Shown in pieces: positions 11,522 to 23,096 of a stretch of DNA of 64,000 bases. Made by a program: the position numbers and the translations under genes. Numbering within the stretch: position 1 is the stretch's first letter; each line of letters starts with the position of its first letter. Source of the stretch: Chrysomallon squamiferum (lineage: Eukaryota; Animalia; Mollusca); assembly GCA_012295275.1 (NCBI GenBank), contig CM022672.1, positions 23,994,001 to 24,058,000 on the forward strand, in the 5' to 3' direction. The notes beneath the pieces are model-generated. The model ran no database searches, had not been told where the DNA came from, and saw nothing but the letters and a program-made list of their open reading frames with translations.

Positions 11522-14500
11522 ATGGCAGACAAAGCGTTTGCTAACGATGTCTTAAAAGCGCACAATAATTACAGAGCCCATCATAATGTAGCACCGTTGT
11601 CACTAAGCCAGGAACTGTCAGCTCAGGCCCAGAAATGGGCACAGCAACTAGCTTCCACCAATATGTTCCAGCAAAGCGATTCAACATTCAAGGGAAAACC
11701 TGTTGGCGAAAATGTAGCCATGAAATGGTCGTCCAAACCCGAAGATTATAAAGGTGACATCCTCATTTATCTTCGTTACTGTTTTATGGACGGACGTACA
11801 CACAAATAAATGGACTGACAAACAGATCAGACAACAACACATTAATATATATGTGTGTATGTATGTATGTGTTTACATAATTTATTAGTTAGTTTATGTA
11901 TTTTCAGGAGAGGAGGTTACAGACCAGTGGTATGCAGAAGCGAGGATGTATCAATTTGGCGCTGAACCAGAGTCCTACGACTTCAGTGAGTTTGATTACC
12001 TTTCAGTATGTATGTATGTATACAGGTGTGTCTGTGTATGTATGTATGAATGTATGTATGCAGGTGTGTCTGTGTATTTATGTATGTATGTATGTATAAA
12101 TGTATGAATTTTATCAAATGTGCAGGTGTTTTACATCAGATTTCGTAATTGAAGAGAAAAAGAAAAATAATTTTTTTTATTTTTTTTTTTTATCTGATTT
12201 TAGATCATTTCACTCAGATTGTGTGGAAAGATACCAAAGAGTTGGGAGTTGGAAAATCACAGTCAAATGACGGGAAGACAATCGTAGTAGTCATGTATTT
12301 TCCAGCCGGCAACATGATGGGCGAATACACAAAGAACGTTTTAATACCTAAAGACGGTGTCATCGTTACCAGGGAAAAAGCATCAGGTATATATGATATT
12401 CAATGTGACGTCTGTTTCACATTTCACTATAAATAAAACAGTTCTCCATTTTAGTTTTCTTTTGCACACACTCGGTGAGTATATGTGTATTCGTATTCGT
12501 TTATACTTTTTTCCTTCGTTTATTATTATTATTGTTATTGTTGTTGTTGTTGTTATTATTGTTATTATTGTAGTACTAGATGAAGCTATAGAAGCAGTAA
12601 TAGTAGCTGTATCACTATTATTTATATTAATAATATTAGTAGTAGTAAGTAGTAAATGATGATGTTGTAGCAGAAACTGTAGAAACAGCTGCTGTATTAG
12701 TAATACTACTGGCTGAGGATCCTTTATCCGACGAAATTACGAAATCCGAATTTTTTTCCGAGTAGTAGAAATAATAATATCTTTTTTTTGCATATACAAA
12801 CCGTATTTTATGCACAAAATTATTCAAAATGTATTCTTAAAAACGCTGCACACTATCTTTGTAAGCTGTATATAAAAATTAAATGGAATTCATATTTAGA
12901 CGTAGATTCTATTCCCATGTTTTCTCCTTAAATTCCAAATTCCGAAATATTCCGAAAACAGAAACACTTCTGGTCTCAAACATTCCGAATAAAGGATTCT
13001 CAAACTGTAATAGTAACATCAGCTTTAATAAATGTAGTGTTGATGGTAGAAGCAGTAGTAGTAGTTGTTGTTGTAGTGGCAGTAGAATCAGCAGCAGTAT
13101 TAGTACTGGCAGTGGTTTTAAAAGAGTAGTGATAATAAGAAAAGTAATAGTAGTTGATGTTGTTGGTGTTGTAATAGCGTTTTGGTTCAGGATTCTTTTG
13201 TTTTCTTTTTTCCAGTAGCATCACCAGAGAGAAAAAGGCAAGACAAGGCAAGTGTCTCCCGCGAAGTGAAATACTTCTACGAAGAGGACGATCTTCCCTA
13301 TGAAGAAACGTCCAGTACGTTCTTCACTAGAGAAATGGTGACACCATCACGTCAAGATTATGCTTCTTCTCGATACATACAAATGCCTAGCAATCAAGTT
13401 GTCACTCGCAAAGTTGTAAGGGAACCAGATGGCACTGAAGTTGTCTATGAGGAAACTAGGAATGGAGGAGGATTTGAAAAATTCAAACCGGGTCAGGAAA
13501 ATATGTTTTCTGAAGATGCGACGTCGTCTTTGTTTGGGACCATGAATGACAACTTTTTCGACAATGGTTCATCTCCGTCATTTGACAGCAGGAGAGTATA
13601 CCCTGGCGCAGAAGCGAAAAACTACCGAACATATACGGTTGTCGAGGGAGTAGGACCCAACAAGGTAAGCAAGACCATCACCGAGGAAATAACCACAACA
13701 CCAACTGGAAAGAGGATTGTGAAACAAACTGAGACAGTCAATCCGATTGGCGGGTTTGCCTCTGGAAATTTCAGTGTGAGTTTATAATAAAAATAATAAA
13801 GACAAATATTAGTCAAAATGGGAATCTGGCAGAAAGTATGAAATTTAGTCCCTAAGAAATTTAAGTGAATCCAAATTTAAATGCAAGAACATGATACAGG
13901 CAATGCTTTTACTTTCAGCCAGATCCCTATAATTTGTTTATCACAGGCTTGGATATTTTTCTGTCTCCTGAAAGGTAAACATAAACGCGTATTAAGGTAG
14001 CCTATAGTGAAGAGGCAATAGCGTAGCCAGGTATCATGGGGTTTACAGCTGTTTCAATGTTTCTTAAAATCATAGAAATATATGTTTTCTTTCACCATTT
14101 TATTACTCGAGCATAGATGTGGAGTTTAAAAGATATTGTTCATCCGTTTGTTTGTTTGTTTGTTTGTTTTGGGCGTTTTTTTGAGGAAGGAGGATTGGTT
14201 TGCTTTTTTACCTTTCTCTGCTGATTTCACAAAAGGAATAAAGATAAAATCATTTTTATAACTCATTTTTATTACTGATTATATTCATTATGATGGAACT
14301 GGTTTCAGTACGACACTTTTTGTGTGTCTTCATATTTGAAGTTACAATGTTTATTCTAAGTAACATGTTCTTTACTTTTGCTCACAATTATATTTACGAA
14401 CTCCAATAATATTCTCCAGAGAAATACTAGTGGTTTTAGGGAAAATACCTGCTAAATTGTAGACCATACTGCCAATAATCACGTCTGAGAATAAAGTGTA

Positions 14501-17500
14501 ATTCACAAAAATCAGTTATATAATTATTTATCTGTTTAATCTTCATATAGAGAAAAAGAAAATTTAAATGTTGGAATAAAAATATTGGAATAATACCTAA
14601 TATTCAATTATTTTCGTTTCTGAATTGAATGCATTATAGGAGAACAAGCTCGAGTTAGGTCTGATAAAAATATAAACACGTAATACCAGTACAAATTTCA
14701 GACATCATTTGCAGATGCAATACATTGATTCAAAGCGATCACGAGCATAATGAATTTAAATGAATCTTAGTTTCCCCACAGTCCATATATGCATAGGCAT
14801 TTTTGAACTAGTGGTATTGTCTTTATCGTTTGCTTCCATTTAAATCAGATCGAACATATCCTAAAACTATTTTATATCAAATTTCATGCTTACTGTCAAG
14901 TGTATATATTTGTTTACCTCTATTGTCGTAACAGTTTTCAGAAATAATTACTATCAGCTATGAATTCAAATAACATAAGCATTATGATTATATAATCTTT
15001 TCTTTTATTTGTCACTTATTTATTTATCTGTTCGTTTTTGAGTTTATTTTGTTTATCATTGCGAACATATTCTTAATATAATCCTTAAATCATATATATG
15101 CTATTGTTATTTATTACAAAATCGTCATGAATAAAAAGTACTGAAACTACTACTGTTACTACTAATCCCTTACTATTATTACTGTAACAATAATATTATT
15201 ATAATTAATGTGTGTGTTATAGTTACCATCATCATCAACCGCATCATGATAATATTTATGCATTCCTATTATTTACAGAACAATTGCGGTGCTGTCGTTT
15301 CATCTCTAGCAGATTGTGCTGACACTCTATTACCACAGCCTTCAAAGGTATGTCGAGTATGATTTTGATTAAATAAAAACTGTGGATCTTAAAAATTAAT
15401 TGCTAATACTAACTGGTATCCACGATAAAGAATTGTTTTAAAAAGAGTATCATGATTTTTGTCTACAATAGAAAATATGTTATAACAAATATACGACATT
15501 ATAAATAAATGATATGCATTACCATGATTGTTATACAGGAACAGAAAATGTATAACTCATTTGATGTTTTATCTTTGCATAAAGAAAGCTACTGAAGTGG
15601 TTTACAAAGATTATTTACATGCGAAATACAACGTTAACAATCTATTAGAAATGTTTTCGTTAGTATTGATAAATATTTAAACGACAGTGAGGTATGAGGT
15701 AAAGAGAAAGCTCTTTCAAACGTCTTGTGTTCTCTTATCAGATCCCTTCAAAGAAGAACAAATCAAAAACACCTTTTATAGAAAGTCTTATAGACGCACA
15801 CAATCGTCGCCGTGCAAAGCATGGAGTTCCTGACTTGATGTACAGTGAGGATCTCACGAAATATGCCCAAGAGTGGGCAGAGTTCTTGGCAGTGAGAGAC
15901 GTGTTAGACCACAGTCCTTGTGTCCTACATGGACATCGTTTAGGAGAGAGCATTGCCTATAAATGGAGCGCACTGAGATCAGACTTTTCAGGTAATTTTT
16001 AATATTGTAATAATACATTTTACAGTAGAGTCATTGTCTTTAGCAGGTATTGTTCGGACAATATGCTATAAGTAGGTCAGAATTTTCACAATATATTTAA
16101 TTCTGGGTATATGACAGAAATTTTCTCACAATATATTTAACTCTGTATTCATGACGGTCGTGTTCTGACAGTGTATTTAATTTTATCTTTATGATGTTAG
16201 TGATCTGATAGTATAACGATGGTAGTCCTCTGACAGTATTTAATTTACGTATGTGATGGTAGTCGTCTGATAGTATTTAATTTACGTATGTGATGGTAGT
16301 CGTCTGATAGTATTTAATTTACGTATGTGATGGTAGTCGTCTGATAGTATTTAATTTCTGTACGTGATGGTAGTCGTCTGATAGTATTTAATTTATGTAC
16401 GCGATGGTAGTCGTCTGATAGTATTTAATTTATGTACGTGATGGTAGTCGTCTGATAGTATTTAATTTATGTATGTGATGGTAGTCTTCTGACAGTACAT
16501 TTAATATGTGTTTACGATGGTAGTGTTGCGATAGTAAATTATATATATATGAAAATAGCCTTCTGACTTATTTTTAATTATATGTATGTGATGATCGCAT
16601 TTTGACAGTATATTTAATCAAATGTATATGCTGGGTGCTGGCATTTTCATATTATATATAAATCTGTTTATATAAGGACAATGTTCTAGCAATATATTTA
16701 ATTATGATTATATAGCGATTGTGTTCTGATAATATATTACATATCGAATATTTTCTCTTGTAGGCGATGAACTTTCTGATCAGTGGTATAGTGAAAAATC
16801 GGGATATGATTTCGAATCAAACAATCCAGTAGCTGGCTGTGGTAAGTAAAGTACATTGAAATACGTTTCCGTGGTAAAATCTATCATATTCCTGTAAATG
16901 ACAAATGAATGGTTGGTTTATCATAAGAATGGTATATGCTTGGCCATCTTTTAGGGGGATATATCAAACATTTCTGCTTACCAGTCGAAAGTAGTAGCTA
17001 CTGCATATGCAGGCATTATAAAAGTGGGTTGAGTTCGTCTTTAAATAAATCACTTCTATCTTTTTAGAATGTATTATTAAGAATTGTATTATTTTTGTCT
17101 TTAAATTGGAAAATATTAACCATTTAGTAGTTAAAAGCTTTGATAATTACTGTGATCACCGTAACCTAACATTCCAGTTACACTCATAAGACTAAGAGGC
17201 ACAATTCTCAAAAGATTTCGTGAAAAGTATTTGGGATTTGTTTCCCTTGGTATAATCAAAGTTTTTCTTTGATTTTTATTTATATATTTATTTGTTTGTT
17301 TATCTGTTTATTTATTTATTTATTTATTTATCTGTTTGCCTATTTGTTTGTTTGTTTGTTTGTTTGTTGTTTTGTTCGTTTATTTCTAATATTCCCTTAC
17401 GTACGATATAGTCCAGTAAGGCAAATTAATTATTAATATTGTTGTCATTGTTGTTACTGTTATTTTTGTTGTTGTTGTTGTTACTGCTGCTGTTGCTGTT

Positions 17501-17760
17501 GTAAAGAAAAGCAGTATTTTACAGGTCACTTCACACAAATGGTTTGGAGCAGTTCTAGACATATTGGTATAGGTAAGGCGAAGTCACGAGACGGAAAAGT
17601 CATAGTTGTGGCGAGCTATCGGCCGCCTGGGAACGTCGTTGGACACTACAAAGAGAATGTGTTCCCACCAGTCGAGGAAGAAAAACCAGAGAAATATACG
17701 AGATGTGACGCAGCGAAAACGGCCATTTCTAAACTGACAAACCGTATAACAAACATCTGA
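11522..17760 (+). CDS. GLIPR2: GAPR-1/GLIPR2-like protein with two CAP (SCP/PR-1) domains, copy A, 561 aa, 8 coding exons
   Basis: Exons joined at GT-AG sites with consistent phases: 11522-11753, 11908-11985, 12204-12386, 13216-13775, 15279-15347, 15742-15991, 16764-16841, 17525-17760 (1686 nt, TGA). CAP motifs occur twice: VLKAHNNYRAHH..GENVA..DQWYAE..NHFTQIVWK..LGVG..YFPAGN and DAHNRRRAKHG..DHS..GESIA..DQWYSE..GHFTQMVWS..IGIG..YRPPGN. No signal peptide and Cys-poor, as in the GAPR-1 subfamily. AATAAA at 17841. The symbol indicates family resemblance, not proven orthology. Confidence 0.9.
16217..16515 (+). repeat. 37-bp minisatellite, ~8 copies (intron of copy A)
   Basis: Unit GATGGTAGTCGTCTGATAGTATTTAATTTA(C/T)GTATGT in tandem, with degenerate units on both flanks. 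Confidence 0.92.
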
Positions 17761-18435
17761 ACATTTGTTATGATTCTTGATCAAGATCTAGATTGCCATT
17801 TCTCCTAATGATAACATTTAGTTCGATCTGTTTTTATGTTAATAAAATATGCTTATTTTGAAATAGCACGAAAGTGATTTCTGCTGTGTATAATTCTCTT
17901 AACATTACTGTTTTTATTACATTTTTTTGGTTGCAATAAGCCTTGAATCCATTTAATATTTTTATTATTATTATTTTTATTTTTATAGATCTAAGAAGGC
18001 TAGCACTTTATAATTATATGGGTTTATTACGGCATAAACACGACTGACATTATTTGTAATGTTACTTGTTACATATGTTAAATAACCTATAAGATTCAGT
18101 TTTACTACCTCAGACATTACATTCCGTTTCATAAGTAATGCTCTAAATGGACATTCAGTAGCATCTAGCAATTTAATGTACATTTTTATATCTTTATTTT
18201 ATTTGAGTACTCAGTGTGGAACGATTTTTAAAAATTATTATCGCTATCAGATAATGTACTGGGGTTACCTTATAAATTCGATTTATTATCTGTAACAGAC
18301 AATATACTTGTGTTTTCACTTGATTTAACTGTGATTATTAGTAACCCTTGTTTAATGAATACCTTATAGTCATTAGTAATCGATGATTTAATTGTCTGAG
18401 TTTGAATGGAATTACAGTGTAATAAATTAAAATGG

Positions 18436-18519
<84 letters not shown>

Positions 18520-18988
18520 TGTAATCATCAGAATCTAAGAATGTATTGGGCAGTCTACACTGCATTGAATTATTCATTGTTACAAAGTGTTTAGATTCAG
18601 TAACTTTAATAGAATTCCAAATTAGTATTGGAACTCGACATTATAATATTATTTAGACTGCAAAGATGTGTTTGAGAAGGGATTATTATATATACTTTTA
18701 ACACTGATTTTTCCATTTATTTCGTTTATATTCTGTATGTACATTATTTTTATGGTTATTTTTCTTATCATTATCAGTTATAATCTGTTTTAGTTTCTTA
18801 TAAGTTTAATTATTACTGAATTCTTTTTCATTCAAATATTTTATTTGTTTAAAGTTGATCAGTTTGTATATGTTTTGCTTGATTAGGTGTTATTATATAT
18901 GTAATAATTATAATGGTGCTTTCTAAAAAATTATGCACATTGGTTTATAATATTCGAACAAAATAATGTTTTGTTGTTTATTTTTGAT

Positions 18989-19033
<45 letters not shown>

Positions 19034-19737
19034 CATTATTTATATATTTCTCTTTTTTTCTTTCTTTATTTATATTAATTTTGTTGTTGTTTTTTAACAA
19101 TATTATTTTTAAATCATATCTATTTATGCTTTATAATGTACTTACTAAACATGATATATCCAGGAATAAAATATGTTTACGTTTTTTCTTATGTTTTGTT
19201 TGATGCAGTAGACTGCAAAACTGTGTCAATGGTCTGTATTACATGGCCCGTAGCCCCATAAATCAGCGTGAAATAAAATACGAACTCAGTACTGTGATCG
19301 ACCAGACAAAAACAGGAAAGGAGATTCTAGCTGTATTATTTGAATCTGACTGACTTTTACTTAAACCTCTGCAGCCTCATTACATTTGATCTTCTTGCCA
19401 TATATGTAAGATGTATATAAGCAATTTTAGAGAGGGGGTGCTCAAATCGGAAGCATCCCAAGAATGGCTTAAAGTTCTTAATTAACAGTGAAATGAATAT
19501 GTACTTAATTGTAATATGCCCTCTGTAATTTATTATCTCGCAACAGACTTCACATGTGCGGAAAATATTAATAAATTCTGATAGTATGTCAGACTTTATT
19601 ATTGAATTTTCTATAACATATTCTAATAGTCATATTTATTAATGAGTTTATAATTATGTTTATACCTATATAATGGGTGTGCGTGCATCAGAAGAGACAG
19701 ATGTTCAGAGTGACTCACACAAATACAGAAACGCGCG

Positions 19738-19771
<34 letters not shown>

Positions 19772-20585
19772 TCTATATATACACAAAAAATGTTTTCCTT
19801 TCTTTTACATGATTTCAGGATTAAATGAAAACAATACGGAAAAAGTATTACCCCGCCAACCCTCTTCGAGTCTGGTTTAATAATTTATAATCTGCATATT
19901 CATATATTATTTATCTGGCAAATAAAAAACATCAATAAGCGATATTAATTGAAGCCGCTGCCAGACACACGCAGATAAATATAAATAGTCTCCACTATAC
20001 TATAATGAAATTGTTTATCAGTACAGTTTTTCCTCTTGGGTGTTAACTGCCTTCATATCATGTGATATTGTTTGTACAGCAAAGGCAAGGACTTTATATT
20101 ATTTTTAGCTGAGACATCAATATTATTATGGTTCAGCACATACGAAACGTTACCTCATAAAACTTCATATTTTAAGACAACGATGTTCGAAATCAACTGT
20201 CGGAAATTAGTATTTAGGTTCAGTATTTTGTCTGTGGTTTCATCGACAACAGTCACATTACAATAGACTGCAGTACAAGGATACTGTTATGGTGTCTGCC
20301 TGCATAGAACGTTATTAGGGTTCTAAATAATCTTCTGATAGACTAAGTTGAAATGGTGGTATAGTATTTGTTAATAATAATTATATAAAATAATAATTTT
20401 CTGAGACTGATAGCTTTTTAAAACTTTTATTTTGTTATATATATATATATGTTATTAATATAATTTTTGTATTTTATTTACTTTTTACTGAATTAGTAGT
20501 TAGATTTGTAATTTTTATTTTTATTTCCATATATATATATATATATATATAAAAAGGTATATACAAAAATTCATGACAGACTGAG

Positions 20586-20679
<94 letters not shown>

Positions 20680-21599
20680 TTATTTAACGATCTGTTTGTT
20701 ACTCTGTCATTTACATTCATGACACATTTTTGTACTGCTCTAATGTTTCCCACTGAACAAATTTGCTGACGCTGCTTTTCACTTTAATTGAATGAATACA
20801 TTTTTCCTTTCAGCTGTGCGTTCTACTTCACACCAAGTCAATACACGTACTGTTTAGATGAATTCAGAACACCAAACAGATCGTCTCTTCATACACTTGT
20901 CTATGCGATCACTGGACTTTGGTAATGTCATTATGAACGGGCAGAAATGACATAGAGTGTATTAGTGTAGTTGTATACGATGTTTATGTATATGAGTGTG
21001 CATTTCTGTGAATGGTGGTGTCTCATTGCTTATATGTGTGTGTGTATGTTTGTGTTATACGTATGTATGCTTTTTATGTATGTATGTATATGTTTATATG
21101 TGTGTTTATGTGTGAACGTACGTTACATTATTATTATTATTATTATTATTATTGGCTCTTGGAACATCTAACAAAGCCTTTAAAAGATAATAAGTGCCAT
21201 TTCAAAATGACATAACAACATAATCACGATGATTACGTTAAAATGCTGTTTTGAATAATCTCGATTTTATTATTCAGACGATTTAACGTAGTCACAGCTG
21301 GAAGTCCATTGCTGACTCTTAAATAGATATTTCAAATATGACTTTCCCAGTCTCGGACAAATCACGGCAGAGATCTAGAATTTACTAATATAAGTTGCTT
21401 GGTGACTCATCCAAACGTTATATGAATGTTTATTTACAAAACACATAAAAAGGCGGTTAGGAATTTTAGCAAGCTTTTATTTGTTATAAATTCAAATTTA
21501 TAATTACAGCCACATTCATTCCTTCCAAAAGCACAAAATGTGTACTCATCACACTATAGTTCGTTATAAAAAGGAAATAATATATCTGTGCGCATGTTC

Positions 21600-21781
21600 A
21601 TAAAAACTGTCGTCTGCTGTTTACTGTTGCGCGTGGCTATTGCTGTCACAGGAAAAGCTGTCGTCACTGGGACGAAACTTCGGAAACGATGGATAAAATA
21701 GGAATCCCACTTCTCTCTCTGGAACCATTTTCCTGGTGCAAATTGAAGACTTACCAATCTATGATGAAATCAGGGGTTCGG
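21600..21781 (+). other. Candidate first exon of CAP gene copy B, inside a B-specific segment
   Basis: GC-richer island with CATAAAAA at ~21599, a 31-codon open frame 21689-21781 (MDKIGIPLLSLEPFSWCKLKTYQSMMKSGVR) and donor CGG|GTATGT. Phase 0, in frame with acceptor 23087/23088 (RST-MADKAF). Confidence 0.35.
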
Positions 21782-22954
21782 GTATGTACACGTTAGATAT
21801 ATCGGTTTTAAAAAACACCATGTTGTATACGTGTAACTATATTTACACAAAAACGTTCACAAGCACTGCTTGACCTAAAGCTGAAACCGGTTGCTCTCTT
21901 ATTATCGTAGTCATAGTTGTATGAACTGCGCTGACTGTGAAAATGTCACGTTACCTGTTTTTTGCTCTTTTTTTTAACACCAGGTCATGTAATTTGTTAG
22001 CGTTATGTATTAATGTACATGGAATATATTCAGCCATTGCGATATACATCCTATTCTTCTATAGATTATTAATAATAATAACAAATTAATAATAATTATT
22101 AAATGATGTGTAGCAAGATAAGATGTACATGCGCATACATTATTCATGTATTTTGTGTAACAATTCTGTTATTCACTTTTGTTAACACAATACATTAGAG
22201 ATGTTTTGAATAGTAGAAAAGTTAAAGTAAATGAGTAACTAAATAACTAAATTACATATAACATTAATTGATATCGTACGACACTACTGTAGTTGAAGTA
22301 TTTATGCACGTTACAGGAGAGATAAGGATGTATACACCTAATGAATGCCGTTAAACAGGTAAATCGAGCCCATGGGAAAGATTTTAAATGGTTTAGAAGA
22401 AACACCTCCAGGCTATCGCATTGTTCGATCTATTCAAGTTATTTCTTTATTGTATAAAGAACAACTATTTATCATGAGGCCTAATGCATGTTACGCTTTT
22501 TCTGATGCAGTATTAACATAAGTATTCAGAAAGACAGGATGCATAAATTCATGTATTTGTCTTTGTCAAAACAGGATAAATCGTTTAGAAACGAACTTAA
22601 TAATGGCAGACGTGAGGAAGAAAGAATGGATTATTTTATTGAAATAAAAGCAGTAAAGTGTATTTATAATAGTGAAGAAAAAGATAAAATATTCGAGTAA
22701 AGTAATTTTATGTCAAGAGACACATATACACCTAGAGAGAAGGAAGCAGGGAAATGTTTCCTTTGTCTCAGAACCTTCATATATGGATTGACTCTATTTT
22801 ATTAATATTTGTCTGGCTTAAAGAGTAAATGTTTATTAGTAATTGAATGGTTACGAGCCTTTTTGCAGCAACAGCAATAATAATAGTAATAATTCAACCA
22901 TCATAATCTTCATTCTTTTTATTTATTTATTTATTTATACCAATTATTCATGTA

Positions 22955-22999
<45 letters not shown>

Positions 23000-23096
23000 G
23001 TTGTTGTTGTTGTTGTTGTTGTTGTTATCTATGAGTGATCTGTGTTCTGTGTTGTAATTAGGTTTCGTATATTTTTCGCTTTAGCAGAGATCCACA

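Noticed and set aside
13622-13816. Antisense ORFs over CAP exons (13622, 15738, 17584, 23771, 24675, 26694) and over the knottin exon (59048)
   Set aside because: Shadow frames of real + strand exons; their recurrence is explained by the duplication.
17758-17760. TGA stop of copy A as possible selenocysteine or readthrough codon
   Set aside because: Copy B has TAA at the same position and no SECIS-like hairpin was seen in the short 3' UTR.
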